Positions 1 to 10,305 of a stretch of DNA of 64,000 nt are shown piece by piece. A program made the position numbers and the translations under genes. Within the stretch, counting starts at the first letter, position 1. Every line of letters begins with the position of its first letter. Source of the stretch: a virus; the UHGV virus genome UHGV-1374997, one strand, 5' to 3'. Below the pieces are notes generated by a model. The model ran no database searches, was not told the DNA's origin, and saw only the letters and a program-made list of their open reading frames with translations.

Positions 1-44
1 TTGAATTTTTTGGTTGGATAGGTTACTTTGAAAAAATCACAGAT

Positions 45-1658
45 TTGGAGGGAATTATGAGGTTGAGGTATAACGGAAAACTTTTTCAAATACGGGCACA
101 TACACAGGAAGAACGGAGTGCCCTTAGTAAAATGAAACACGTAACATATAATAAGGAAGAAGATTGGTTCGAGACAAAGCTATTCAGGATTGCGAAGGAA
201 TTTATAGAAAGTTCTCACGATTACAGGACTAGAAGCATTCTTGAGAGTTTTTCAGAAAAATGGGATTTTTCTTGGGCCACAGCTCCGTCGAAAGGATTTT
301 CCGTACCATCTAATGAAGGTTTGCAGTATTTAGATTATCAGTTGGCAGGTATAGAATATATGATGAGGAACCCCGGAGTCTTACTTGCTGATGAACCGGG
401 AACGGGGAAAACCATTCAGATTGCCGGATATCTGAACAGCCTTCCGGAAATAAAGAGAGCTTTGATTATATGTCCATCATCCCTCCGGCTGAATTGGAAA
501 AGGGAATTGGATAAATGGCTTGTCGATAAATCCCGTAAAGTAACTTTGGACCCTAAAGACGATGAGGCTTTCGCGCATATCGTAAGCTTTTCGAGTGTAT
601 GGAGGCCGAACGTATTTCCTTTCCTCGACAAGAGAAAATACGATGTTGTGGCTATTGACGAAGCTCATAACTGCAAAAATGACGAAGCGAAAAGGACTAT
701 TCAATCGCTTCATCTCGCAAAAAAAGCATTTCGGAAAGTCTTGATGACCGGAACTCCTTTGGTGAATAGGCCCATAGAATTATTCCCGCTTCTGAACTGT
801 CTTGACGAAAAAAGATGGCCTAATAAATTCGCGTTTGCATTCGAGTATTGTTCCGCGCATTATGAAGATATATACGTATATGATAAGCAAAAAGGACATG
901 CGGTAAAAAAATCCGTACTCAATATGAGTGGAGCTAGCAATCTTCCATCCTTATCTGAGAAGCTCCGTGGATCGATGATGATTCGAAGATTGAAATCAGA
1001 TGTGCTTCCGCAGCTTCCCAAGAAAAGAAGACAAGTTATCGAAATACCTTTGGAGACGAAAGATTGTAAGGCCGCTATCAAAGAAGAAGCCAAACGATGG
1101 GCTAAATTATGTGATCTTTATGGATACGAAGAATGCGTGCGCCAGATGGAGTTTGGTGAGGGAGTCGCGTTTACCGAGATGGCGGCAAAGCGCAAGGAAG
1201 TTGCATTGAGCAAAATACCATTTTGTGTAGAATATTTAAAAGATTTGCTTGAGGGGGTTGACAAAGTCGTCGTTTTCGCGCATCATAGGGCTGTTGTTGA
1301 TTTACTAACTGACGAGCTTAAAGAGTACAATCCCGTAAAAGTTATAGGAGGAATGTCGGACAAACAAAAGCAGGAAAGTGTTGATTCATTTCAAGAAAAC
1401 GATAATGTGCATCTTTTTATCGGAAATATCCAAGCTGCTGGTGTCGGATACACCTTGACAAAAAGCTCAATAGTGATATTTGTAGAATTGGCATTTGTGC
1501 CCGGTCTTATGAGTCAAGCTGAGGATCGTTGTGTACGAATAGGGGCTACAGCGGATTATGTGCTTGTTCAGCATTTAGTCTTAGAAAAATCCCTTGACAA
1601 AGAACTTTGTTCCATGCTTATTCATAAACAGGAAATTGCAGATAAAATTTTAAATTAA
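45..1658 (+). CDS. SNF2-family DNA helicase/ATPase
   Basis: Has the DEXH ATPase motifs (LLADEPGTGKT; DEAHNCKN; TGTPLVN) and a C-terminal helicase domain ending ...QAEDRCVRIG. Typical of phage SNF2 helicases. Confidence 0.8.
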   Translation: MEGIMRLRYNGKLFQIRAHTQEERSALSKMKHVTYNKEEDWFETKLFRIAKEFIESSHDYRTRSILESFSEKWDFSWATAPSKGFSVPSNEGLQYLDYQLAGIEYMMRNPGVLLADEPGTGKTIQIAGYLNSLPEIKRALIICPSSLRLNWKRELDKWLVDKSRKVTLDPKDDEAFAHIVSFSSVWRPNVFPFLDKRKYDVVAIDEAHNCKNDEAKRTIQSLHLAKKAFRKVLMTGTPLVNRPIELFPLLNCLDEKRWPNKFAFAFEYCSAHYEDIYVYDKQKGHAVKKSVLNMSGASNLPSLSEKLRGSMMIRRLKSDVLPQLPKKRRQVIEIPLETKDCKAAIKEEAKRWAKLCDLYGYEECVRQMEFGEGVAFTEMAAKRKEVALSKIPFCVEYLKDLLEGVDKVVVFAHHRAVVDLLTDELKEYNPVKVIGGMSDKQKQESVDSFQENDNVHLFIGNIQAAGVGYTLTKSSIVIFVELAFVPGLMSQAEDRCVRIGATADYVLVQHLVLEKSLDKELCSMLIHKQEIADKILN

Positions 1659-1672
1659 TAAATAGGGATAAT

Positions 1673-2170
1673 ATGAAGCTTAATTTTGATAGTATCGTAG
1701 GTGTGGAGCTAGGTGAATTTCGTGATATCCTAACCTCTGTTCTTGATGGAAATTCATGTTTTATGGAAGAGATTTCTTTGAAAGCTCGTAGGGAATTGGG
1801 GTTTGCATTAGTGAAAGAAGAAGATTGTCATGGCAGGTCATATCTTCCTCTTATTAAAAAGTACGTTAAACTTATTAAATGTCAAGAAAGCTCCGAATAT
1901 GAAAGATTGGTTTTGCATGGCGCAAAATTTATGGGCCTTGAAAGAGAAATTGGTTCCTATGCCATGCGAAATAAGGAAGAACTTATTTTCAGAGATCCGA
2001 GTAAACTAGCCATAATTTCCGTTTATGTGAAAGAAGTTCTTATCCCTGAAATTTTAGATTCTTTGGAAAATATTCCTGTGGAGGAAAGAAAGTCTTTAGC
2101 TATTCTTATAAAAAGTATGTCGGAATCGGAGTTTGCAGACCTTATTTTTGAAAATTTTTTTAATAAATAA
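1673..2170 (+). CDS. hypothetical protein
   Basis: 165-aa ORF preceded by an RBS (aataggga..atg). No recognisable motif. Confidence 0.4.
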   Translation: MKLNFDSIVGVELGEFRDILTSVLDGNSCFMEEISLKARRELGFALVKEEDCHGRSYLPLIKKYVKLIKCQESSEYERLVLHGAKFMGLEREIGSYAMRNKEELIFRDPSKLAIISVYVKEVLIPEILDSLENIPVEERKSLAILIKSMSESEFADLIFENFFNK

Positions 2171-2189
2171 TTAAAGGAGATAGAACTTA

Positions 2190-2993
2190 ATGTGGGCATC
2201 TGATAATATCCGAGTAAATGTGGAAGGTTCCCCCGAAGCGGTTGCCGAGTTTTTCTTGCGTCTTGGAGGAATGAAGTCCGGATTTAATGAAGCAGTAGAA
2301 TCGCCTATTTCTTCCGAGCCACATAAACACGAATCAGTGGTAGAAAAGATTGATACGAAAGATGAAAAGAACACGTCTTCCATCGAAGATAAGCCCGTTG
2401 AAAATGAAGAAGAGGCACCTGACGTAGAAAACAAGCCTACGAATAGTGACGAAGAACGTGAGCATTTGAAGTCTATTCTTACCGAACGCGGCATCGAGTT
2501 CTCTCCTCGTGCACGTCTTGCCACATTGAAGAAGCTCGTAGAAGATTCCGATAACACTGTCGAAGAAACCACCAAAGAACCTGAACCCGAAATTATCGAA
2601 AATGACGATGTTCCTCCCGTCATGGAAGACCCTGCGGCGACTATTTTGCAGAAGACCGGGCAGGAAGAATATAACGGCGAGAAAAGCTGTGCCCCCGAAG
2701 AAGAGGGCTATGAGGATGTTCCTTCCGCTCCGCTCAAGTTTGAGGAAGAGCCCGAAAGAAATTATACTCCCGCAGAATTTCTGGATGAGTGCAAGCGGTA
2801 TTGCAGTCGGGTAATGCGGACTGGCAGAGATCTTGATACGTCCCATAGAATGCTTGCCGATATTCTTCAAAATGTGACGGGTGTAACTCGCAAAGTCATT
2901 GAAGTTGAGGAGAAATATTACAATACGATTGTGACGAAACTTCATAATCACATAGATCTTTTGCGAGAAGACCACAATTCAACCAATGAATAA
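2190..2993 (+). CDS. highly acidic hypothetical protein
   Basis: 267 aa, very rich in E/D, RBS aaaggaga upstream. The central region is low-complexity and acidic. Confidence 0.45.
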   Translation: MWASDNIRVNVEGSPEAVAEFFLRLGGMKSGFNEAVESPISSEPHKHESVVEKIDTKDEKNTSSIEDKPVENEEEAPDVENKPTNSDEEREHLKSILTERGIEFSPRARLATLKKLVEDSDNTVEETTKEPEPEIIENDDVPPVMEDPAATILQKTGQEEYNGEKSCAPEEEGYEDVPSAPLKFEEEPERNYTPAEFLDECKRYCSRVMRTGRDLDTSHRMLADILQNVTGVTRKVIEVEEKYYNTIVTKLHNHIDLLREDHNSTNE

Positions 2994-3013
2994 AAAAATG
3001 AAAGGTAAGTATA

Positions 3014-4276
3014 TTGGGAAAACATAGCAGGATAGGAGCTTCTTCCTCAGAAAGATGGATGGCGTGTCCCGCTTCCGTCAGGATGAGCGTTGGGCTCAAA
3101 AACGAAGGCAGCCCCGCAGCAAAAGAGGGCACGGCGGCCCATGCTCTCGCAGAGTTCTGCCTTAAAAATGAGATGTATCCCGCATGTAAGAAAGGAAAAA
3201 AGATCTACGTAAAGGGAGATTCCTTTGAGATAGAAGAAGAGATGATAAAAAGCGTCTCTCTTTACGTAGGTCACATTCTTTACGTAGTTCATAATCAAAA
3301 ATTGTGGATGGACGAGAATGGCGACCTTGTTCAAATCGACACCGAAAATGCCCATTTTGAAAAGTTTGAGAAAGGGGATAGCAAGAAGCTGTCCGTCGAG
3401 GAAAAATTCGCTCTTACTTGGATAAAGGAAGGGATGTTCGGTACATGCGACTGTAATTACAAAGATTATAAGAATAGGAGACTATATGTATTCGACCTAA
3501 AATATGGAAAGAGCACGCCAGTAACAGCCGTTGACAATTCTCAAATGAAATACTACGCTTTGGGTATTGTAGGAGAGCCATTATCGAATGACGACTTTGA
3601 TGAAGTAGTAATGGTTATTGTCCAGCCGAGAAACGATTGTTTTGGAGTAAGTTCGTATAGTCTAAAGATCGATGATCTCTATCTCTGGGCTGAAACGGAG
3701 TTACGCCCTGCGGCAGAAAAGACAGAAGATCCTGATGCCGAATTTTCATCAGGAGATCATTGTAAATGGTGCCCGGCCTTTGGAGTTTGTCCTCAGATCG
3801 AAAAAGATCTTGGATATTTAGTAAATTATAACAATTATATAGAAGAAAAGAAAAAAAATATTGAACTTCCAGACCCAAGACACTTGACAAGTGAAGAAAA
3901 GTCTCGTATATTGCATCTATCGATTGTGTACGCACCTTGGATCGAAGCGGTGGCAAAATCAGCTTATGAAGACGCTGTCGCGGGAAGATTAGTTCCGGGG
4001 TTTAAGCTAGTTAAAAAAAGAAAATCGAGACGAGTTTGGAGGGACAATGCGCTCACCGCCCAAGAGCTAAGTTTGAAGTATGGAGATGAAATTTTTGAGG
4101 AGAGAAAGTTAAAATCGCCTTCTAAATTAGAAGGTATTTTGACAGGAGAGGAAATTGATCTCTACTCATTTAGACCGGAATCCGGTACGGAATTAAAACC
4201 AGAAAACGATAAACGTAAATCCGTAAATCCATTAACATCTATCGACGAATTTTATTCGCAACAAGAGGAAAACTAA
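3014..4276 (+). CDS. PD-(D/E)XK nuclease with Cas4-like Cys cluster (DUF2800-like)
   Basis: The N-terminus SSSERWMACPAS matches the DUF2800 signature. Also has a DLKYGKS motif and a C-terminal Cys cluster DHCKWCPAFGVCPQ. Apparent TTG start. Confidence 0.7.
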   Translation: MGKHSRIGASSSERWMACPASVRMSVGLKNEGSPAAKEGTAAHALAEFCLKNEMYPACKKGKKIYVKGDSFEIEEEMIKSVSLYVGHILYVVHNQKLWMDENGDLVQIDTENAHFEKFEKGDSKKLSVEEKFALTWIKEGMFGTCDCNYKDYKNRRLYVFDLKYGKSTPVTAVDNSQMKYYALGIVGEPLSNDDFDEVVMVIVQPRNDCFGVSSYSLKIDDLYLWAETELRPAAEKTEDPDAEFSSGDHCKWCPAFGVCPQIEKDLGYLVNYNNYIEEKKKNIELPDPRHLTSEEKSRILHLSIVYAPWIEAVAKSAYEDAVAGRLVPGFKLVKKRKSRRVWRDNALTAQELSLKYGDEIFEERKLKSPSKLEGILTGEEIDLYSFRPESGTELKPENDKRKSVNPLTSIDEFYSQQEEN

Positions 4277-4277
4277 A

Positions 4278-4937
4278 ATGGCAAGAGTTACTAAGCGCGT
4301 TATTTTCAAGGCTTCTATTTCTTATCCTCATCTTTCTGCGCCCGTAGTCAATCCCAATGATAAGAACAAAGACCCCCAGTATAGCATTGAAGCGCGCATT
4401 CCCAAGAGCGACGTAGACACGATTAAGAAAGTGCGCTCCGTGCTTGAGGAAGTTTATACCGAGGGTGCTGGCCCGGATAAGAAGAAGTGGAAAGTTGATT
4501 TTCGTGAGCCCGGCTTTTTTGATACGTATCTGTCGAAGCAAGGCAAGGATGGTTTCCCTCTTCGAGACGGCAAGTATAAGCCGAGCGGCGATTGCGACGA
4601 TATTGTTTTCATGAGCGTCAAAAACAAGTATCCTATTGCTCTGGGCGTAAAGACTGGCCCCACGACTTATCGGAAGCTCGAATCGAAAGAAGAAATCGAA
4701 AAGGAACTTTACGCTGGTTGTATCGCCGATGTCATCATGGACGTTTACTATAATGACAGGCCCGGCACTGAACCCGGATGCTTCCTTTCCCTCAAGGGTG
4801 TCGTAAAGACTGGTGAAGGACAGCGTCTTGCCGGAAGCTCTCCCGTCGACCTTGGCGAACTCTATGGCACCGAAGAAAATAACGATGTAACCTACGGTGG
4901 CTCGGAAGATTCTTCCTCCGATGATTTGCCGTTCTAA
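4278..4937 (+). CDS. DUF2815-like phage ssDNA-binding protein
   Basis: N-terminal pattern MARVTKRVIFKASISYPHL fits DUF2815. Sits between the DUF2800 nuclease and PolA, as in other phages. Confidence 0.55.
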   Translation: MARVTKRVIFKASISYPHLSAPVVNPNDKNKDPQYSIEARIPKSDVDTIKKVRSVLEEVYTEGAGPDKKKWKVDFREPGFFDTYLSKQGKDGFPLRDGKYKPSGDCDDIVFMSVKNKYPIALGVKTGPTTYRKLESKEEIEKELYAGCIADVIMDVYYNDRPGTEPGCFLSLKGVVKTGEGQRLAGSSPVDLGELYGTEENNDVTYGGSEDSSSDDLPF

Positions 4938-4959
4938 TAAAAAATAAGGAAATAAAATA

Positions 4960-5262
4960 ATGTCAGAGAATGAAAAGACCAACAATGTTTGCCGCCGCGA
5001 CTTGACGAATGCCGTCATGCGTATTACCGGATTCCGCCGTGCTGATATCGAAAAGGTTATCAATGCGTATACCGAGGTGATTTATGCCAATCTTAAAGCA
5101 GGGCGTAGCGTGAAGCTGCATCGGCTTTGTACTTTCAAGGTCGTAGACTTGGCCCCTCGTGAGTTCCGTTCGAACCTTACCGGAGAAATTGTTCGTAAGC
5201 CCGCACGAAAACGTGTTCGTGTGAAGCTTTCCTCCCGACTCCAGATTAATGAGAAGAACTAA
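4960..5262 (+). CDS. HU/IHF-family DNA-binding protein
   Basis: 100 aa with HU-like layout: N-terminal helix (LTNAVMRITG...KVINAYTEVI) and a beta-arm segment LTGEIVRKPARKRVRVK. Confidence 0.55.
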   Translation: MSENEKTNNVCRRDLTNAVMRITGFRRADIEKVINAYTEVIYANLKAGRSVKLHRLCTFKVVDLAPREFRSNLTGEIVRKPARKRVRVKLSSRLQINEKN

Positions 5263-5340
5263 AACCCTATAACAAAAGTCCCCGCATCCGAGCTAAAAAA
5301 GCAAAGAGCGGGGACTCTACGTTTATATTGAGAGACCGTC

Positions 5341-5529
5341 ATGACCATATCAAACTGTTTGTACTGTGGAGGTAGAGGAAAACTTCTGATTCGGTCGTCA
5401 TTAAAGAAATACAGGAAAATAGATCTGTATCAGGTTAAATGTAATAAGTGCCATGCTAGAGGCCCTATTTCCGATAGTGAAATCAATGCGATACGTCATT
5501 GGAACGGAAAAGGGTATCCTTCCTCCTAA
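5341..5529 (+). CDS. Lar-family restriction alleviation protein (small Zn-ribbon)
   Basis: CLYCGG...VKCNKCHARGP...AIRHWN matches the Lar family pattern CPFCGG..C..C.A....WN. Confidence 0.5.
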   Translation: MTISNCLYCGGRGKLLIRSSLKKYRKIDLYQVKCNKCHARGPISDSEINAIRHWNGKGYPSS

Positions 5530-5594
5530 AAAGTTCTTGACATGGAAAGCATAATTTAATAGGTTGTAAAAAAACATCAACAAGGAGAGAAAAT

Positions 5595-6644
5595 ATGTCT
5601 ATTCTCAAGTCCAAAGTTTCCGTTATCCGTTTTATCACCGAAGTTGAAGATAATCTTGAAACTATCATCAATGGGCTTAACGCCGCACGTTTTCAGGAGA
5701 AGTGGGAAGCCGGGATGGATTCCATGCAAGGCTTCTGTCCTCTTAACGACCGTTGGGGCTGCTCTGATTTCCACGAAGGCAACATCAAGGCGAATGGGTT
5801 TATTGCATTCTTTTTCCGTACTGACACTAAGCGGGTAGATCCCAATCTTCTCAAGCGTGAAATTTCTGACCGGATTGAGCGTTTCTCTGAAACTCATGGA
5901 AAGAAGCCCAACCGTGAAGAACGTAAGGACATTCAGGTCACTGTGAAGAACAAATTGCTCAATGAAGAAAAAGCCAAGCCTTCTTTCTATCCGGTCATGT
6001 TTAATCCCGAGACGGGGGAAGGGTATCTTTTCGCTACTTCCAATAGTGTCTTTGAGAAGTTCCGGGCATCGTTCAAGTTGGTTGCCGGGATTCCGAATGT
6101 CAAGAATCTCGAAGAAATCGTGGAATCCAGAAACCTTGATTTTATGGTCTATAGCCAGACGTTCCTGACGTGGTTCTGGTGGCGCATGGAGAATGATCCC
6201 ACCAAACCTGTCACTACCGAGAATACTTCCTACGAATGCTCCATGAGCGGCATTGTAACGGTAAGTTCGGCGGAAACCGGGGAAAAGGTCACGGAGAAGT
6301 CGGATCAGCTTCATGAGGCTCGTATGGCCCTTCTGCGGGGTCTTCGTGCGGAAAAGGCGGCGGTTACTTGCTGCGCTGGTTCTGGTGTCAATATTGAGTT
6401 TACTTTGGATAATGAAAGCCTCAATATTTCCGGGCTCCCTATTCCTAAGATGGAAGAAAAGCCGAGCGACGTGTTTGAAGAATTTGAACATGCGAAGATT
6501 CATATTGATGAAGCTTTTGCTCTTATTGATTCTTTGATGGAGGAATATATTGAGCTTAATGCAGTAGGCGACCCGCTGCCTCCTACGCCGCTTATTCATT
6601 GGGGCCGTGGAGATTTTTGTTCCGGAAGCATTGAAATTCTGTAA
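5595..6644 (+). CDS. hypothetical protein (possibly RdgC-like, recombination-associated)
   Basis: 349 aa with a good RBS (aaggagagaaaatATG). Weak overall resemblance to the RdgC architecture. The overlapping antisense ORF 5577..6665 looks like junk. Confidence 0.35.
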   Translation: MSILKSKVSVIRFITEVEDNLETIINGLNAARFQEKWEAGMDSMQGFCPLNDRWGCSDFHEGNIKANGFIAFFFRTDTKRVDPNLLKREISDRIERFSETHGKKPNREERKDIQVTVKNKLLNEEKAKPSFYPVMFNPETGEGYLFATSNSVFEKFRASFKLVAGIPNVKNLEEIVESRNLDFMVYSQTFLTWFWWRMENDPTKPVTTENTSYECSMSGIVTVSSAETGEKVTEKSDQLHEARMALLRGLRAEKAAVTCCAGSGVNIEFTLDNESLNISGLPIPKMEEKPSDVFEEFEHAKIHIDEAFALIDSLMEEYIELNAVGDPLPPTPLIHWGRGDFCSGSIEIL

Positions 6645-6658
6645 GCACGGAGGATATA

Positions 6659-6850
6659 ATGGCAAAAGGAACTTTCAGGGTAGTAGAAAAAATTTGTCCT
6701 TTCTTGAATGCGCCGTGTAAGGAAAAGAGGTGTATGATGTGGGATGAAAAATATCTAGTCTGCCAATTGGCATATCCAGCGAAACGTAGGGTGAAAGGCG
6801 AAAGTATACAGCCGCTTTATCTAAATCACATAAACATGGAAACGAAATAA
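6659..6850 (+). CDS. small Cys-containing hypothetical protein
   Basis: 63 aa with CPF..C..KRC motifs. Followed by a terminator hairpin. Confidence 0.3.
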   Translation: MAKGTFRVVEKICPFLNAPCKEKRCMMWDEKYLVCQLAYPAKRRVKGESIQPLYLNHINMETK

Positions 6851-6858
6851 ATAAAAAA

Positions 6859-6897
6859 AAGATACCAGCGTTTGTTAAAAATTCTGGTATCTTTTTT
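6859..6897 (+). terminator. rho-independent terminator hairpin + T-run
   Basis: gataccag...ctggtatc stem followed by tttttt. Confidence 0.6.
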
Positions 6898-6909
6898 AAT
6901 AAAGGAGGC

Positions 6910-9036
6910 ATGATGAAATCCGTAATTGACTTTGAAACAAGATCCCCTGTAGATATTAAAACTTGCGGAGCTTACGCATATGCTGCGCACCCTGATACTG
7001 AGGTGATGATGCTTGCCGTCCGTATATGTGGACAGGAGGCTCGTGTATGGGTAGCTCCGGCATATAGGCATTTTCTTGATACTGAATTGAGCGACGATGA
7101 ATTGCAGGATATTATTAATAATTGTGAAGAGATTGCAGCACATAACGCCCCTTTCGAAAGAGCCATTTGGAAGTTCAAGATGGAGCCTCTCTGGTTTAAG
7201 CCATTGCCATTAGAGAAAATTCGATGCACGATGTCTCAGGCCCTTATGTGCAACCTTCCCCGTAAACTGGAACAAGCGGTAAAGGTTTGGCGAAAAGACG
7301 CCCCTCAGAAGGATAATGAAGGGCATAAGCTGATGATGAAAATGTCAAAGCCTAGGAAGTTCCGTAAAGCCGAACTTTCCGCATTCCCAGACCCCGAAAA
7401 GGCTAAGGCTACTCAAGAGTACGTCTATGCCGTGCTTTCAAAAGGTGGCATTCCTACCATTAAAAACTACCATCAATATATTGTCTATCCTTGTGACGAG
7501 CCAATGTTTAAACGATATGTTGAATATTGTCGACAGGACGTGGTTGCGGAAGAAGTTCTTTTTACGGAGCTTCCTCCTATCCCTGAGCGGGAGCTTAAAG
7601 TGTGGCGTCTCGACCAGACGATCAATGACCGTGGAGTAGGAATTGACAGGTTTCACGCGGTCAAAATTATGGATATGGTTAATAAAGTAGAAGATATTTT
7701 GACGGAGGAAGCTTCCGAGATTACGTATGGTGCTGTATCTACCATGAAGTCTTCCAAGTCTATTATTGAATGGCTTCAATCTCGTGGGGTTGATACTGAT
7801 TCGGCAAGCAAGCAAGCTATCTCCGACCTTCTTGAACGGACTGATCTCCCCTCCGATGTTCGTAGATTCCTTGAGATTCGTCAGACTATTGCCATGTCTT
7901 CTACGGCAAAATATCAGACTATGCTCTGTACTTCGTGCTATGATGGCAGGGCGCATGGAACGATGATATATCATGGAGCCTCTACGGGAAGATTTGCTGG
8001 TGCTCTTATTCAACCGCAAAATTTGACTAGACCTTCAACAAATAATATGAATATACCCGAAGGTTCCAAGCCTTTGGATAATTATGATATCAGTGAAATG
8101 GATATCGAACTTGCAGCTAGCGGGGATTTAGATCTTATCCAGCAGTATTGGAAAGACCCTAAAGTCCTTGCCTCCGATTGCCTTCGCGCAATGATTCACG
8201 CTAGAAAAGGATACGATTTTATCTGTGCCGACTATAGTGGGATTGAAGCCCGAGCATTGGCATATCTCGCTGGCGAAGAGTATGTTCTTCAAGGTTTTAG
8301 GGATGGCCTCGACCCGTATAAAGTTGCAGCTACGACTATCTATGGAGTGAAATATGAAGATGTGGATAAGAAGCAGCGTCAAGTAGGTAAGACGGCTACG
8401 TTGGCTTGCGGATACGGAGGTGGTTATGGCGCGTTCCTTCGCTTTGGAGCCGATAGAATGGGCATTGATGAAGAGGAGGGAAAGAAGATTATTGCTGCAT
8501 GGAGAGATGGCCACCCAATGACGGTTAAGCTTTGGCACAAACTCGTTGAAGCTGCTGTCATGGCTATGACGAATAAGGGCGGAATTTATTCTTATCGTGG
8601 AGTATCATTCCAATACTATAAGAGATTCCTCCTTATGAAGCTCCCTAGTGGCAGGTTCCTCTTCTACTTCGAGCCTAAACTTGAAGATGTGGAGATGGCA
8701 TGGTCTACGCCAGAAAAGCCAGCGTTCAAGAAGCTTGTTACGGCGATGACCTTGACGCCAGAAAAACAATTTGTGAGAAGGCCGCTTAACCATCTCATAC
8801 TTTCAGAAAATGTTACACAAGCTTTCTGTAGAGATCTGATGGTGAATGCGATGTTCAATCTCGAAGAAGCTAATTATCCGGTAGTGTTTCATGTTCATGA
8901 TGAGATCATTGCGGAAGTTCTTAAAGGGTTTGGGTCTGTCGAGGAATTTGAAAGTATCATGTGCAAACTTCCTCAATGGGCGGAAGGTCTGCCAGTAAAG
9001 GCCGAAGGATGGAGGGGAGAATTTTATAGGAAATAA
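6910..9036 (+). CDS. polA: DNA polymerase, family A (3'-5' exo + polymerase domains)
   Basis: N-terminal exo-like region. Pol A motif A DYSGIEARALAYLAGEE, motif B RQVGKTATLACGYGGG and motif C HVHDEII are all present. Confidence 0.85.
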   Translation: MMKSVIDFETRSPVDIKTCGAYAYAAHPDTEVMMLAVRICGQEARVWVAPAYRHFLDTELSDDELQDIINNCEEIAAHNAPFERAIWKFKMEPLWFKPLPLEKIRCTMSQALMCNLPRKLEQAVKVWRKDAPQKDNEGHKLMMKMSKPRKFRKAELSAFPDPEKAKATQEYVYAVLSKGGIPTIKNYHQYIVYPCDEPMFKRYVEYCRQDVVAEEVLFTELPPIPERELKVWRLDQTINDRGVGIDRFHAVKIMDMVNKVEDILTEEASEITYGAVSTMKSSKSIIEWLQSRGVDTDSASKQAISDLLERTDLPSDVRRFLEIRQTIAMSSTAKYQTMLCTSCYDGRAHGTMIYHGASTGRFAGALIQPQNLTRPSTNNMNIPEGSKPLDNYDISEMDIELAASGDLDLIQQYWKDPKVLASDCLRAMIHARKGYDFICADYSGIEARALAYLAGEEYVLQGFRDGLDPYKVAATTIYGVKYEDVDKKQRQVGKTATLACGYGGGYGAFLRFGADRMGIDEEEGKKIIAAWRDGHPMTVKLWHKLVEAAVMAMTNKGGIYSYRGVSFQYYKRFLLMKLPSGRFLFYFEPKLEDVEMAWSTPEKPAFKKLVTAMTLTPEKQFVRRPLNHLILSENVTQAFCRDLMVNAMFNLEEANYPVVFHVHDEIIAEVLKGFGSVEEFESIMCKLPQWAEGLPVKAEGWRGEFYRK

Positions 9037-9049
9037 TCTAAAAAATCTA

Positions 9050-9096
9050 TTGACATTTGCTTCCGGTTAAAGAATACTCCATTCATCGGAAGCAAA
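9050..9096 (+). promoter_or_regulatory. TTGACA-17-AATACT promoter-like element overlapping a hairpin (tttgcttccg/cggaagcaaa)
   Basis: Lies in the intergenic region upstream of rtcB. Confidence 0.3.
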
Positions 9097-9123
9097 CATT
9101 TTAGAAAGAAGGAGTGTAAGAGA

Positions 9124-10305
9124 ATGTTTGAGGTAAAAGGATCAGTAAGTACAGCTAAGGTTTTCACAGATTATGTGGAGCCGACCGCGTTATCTCAGAT
9201 TATTGAATTATGTAATCAGGAGTTCACCGAAGGAAGTAAAATCCGTATCATGCCTGATGTACATGCTGGCGCTGGATGTGTTATCGGAACGACGATGACC
9301 ATTGAAAACAAGAAAATCGTTCCTAATCTTGTCGGAGTTGATATCGGATGCGGGTTGACATCAGCGCGATATGGTGGTTATGAATTGGGTTTCCTGCAAG
9401 AATATGAAAAAGAAGAAGGCGTATGGGTAAATGATTTTTTAAAAGAATTTGATAGGTTGATTCGGGCAAATATTCCTATGGGCACGAATGTTTGCGAAAA
9501 GTTAATGTACCATCCATTTAGGACACGAATAAAAGAATTGATTTGCGCTAAAAATGTAAATATTGAAAGGGGATATCATAGTATTGGGACTCTTGGTGGT
9601 GGAAATCATTTTATTGAAGTTGGATGCGATATCTTCTCTGAAAATAAAGGGCCTATAGGAGAATTGCGTAGAGATTTTTATATCACGGTTCATTCCGGAT
9701 CTCGTGGTATCGGAAAAGAAGTAGCTACTTATTATCAAAAAATTGCGGAAGAACAATGTAAGGGTGTACCCAAGCATTTAGCGTATTTATCCGGGCAAGC
9801 ATTTGAAGACTATATTCACGATATGCAGATTATGCAGGAATACGCTTCTATCAACCGTGATTGTATAATCGAAAAAGTAACTATGGATTGCGCTTTAATC
9901 GCTCCCTTTCCGGATAGTTACGAAGAAACAATTCATAATTATGTAGAGATTGGAGAAAAGATTATTCTTCGCAAAGGTGCAATTTCCGCGAAAAAAGATG
10001 AAAAAGTTATGATCCCATTAAACATGCGGGATGGTATCATAATCGGAAAAGGTAAGGGCCTTGAGGATTGGAATGAATCCGCGCCTCATGGTGCCGGGCG
10101 CGTACTTAGTCGAGGACAAGCTAAACGGCAATTGTCTGTAGATATTTTCAAGGATCAAATGGAAGGAATCTATTCAACCTGCATAAACGACTCGACGTTG
10201 GATGAAAGCCCTTCCGCATATAAGAGTTCCGATGAGATTTGTAATCATCTCGATTCCGTAGAAATTGTCGGAAGGACTAAACCTATCTATAACATTAAAG
10301 CATAA
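9124..10305 (+). CDS. rtcB: RtcB-family RNA 3'-phosphate ligase
   Basis: IRIMPDVHAGAGCVIGTTMT matches the RtcB metal-binding motif MPDVH.G.G. Size and further His-containing motifs (GGGNHFIE, HSGSRG, HNYV) are consistent. Confidence 0.75.
   Translation: MFEVKGSVSTAKVFTDYVEPTALSQIIELCNQEFTEGSKIRIMPDVHAGAGCVIGTTMTIENKKIVPNLVGVDIGCGLTSARYGGYELGFLQEYEKEEGVWVNDFLKEFDRLIRANIPMGTNVCEKLMYHPFRTRIKELICAKNVNIERGYHSIGTLGGGNHFIEVGCDIFSENKGPIGELRRDFYITVHSGSRGIGKEVATYYQKIAEEQCKGVPKHLAYLSGQAFEDYIHDMQIMQEYASINRDCIIEKVTMDCALIAPFPDSYEETIHNYVEIGEKIILRKGAISAKKDEKVMIPLNMRDGIIIGKGKGLEDWNESAPHGAGRVLSRGQAKRQLSVDIFKDQMEGIYSTCINDSTLDESPSAYKSSDEICNHLDSVEIVGRTKPIYNIKA

Noticed and set aside
4239-5063. 274-aa minus-strand ORF antisense to the DUF2815-like and HU-like genes
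   Set aside because: It spans two well-supported plus-strand genes. Its composition looks like junk.
5577-6665. 362-aa minus-strand ORF overlapping the 5595-6644 plus-strand ORF
   Set aside because: The translation is Arg-rich and low-complexity, with no RBS. The plus-strand ORF has an RBS and fits the unidirectional gene order.
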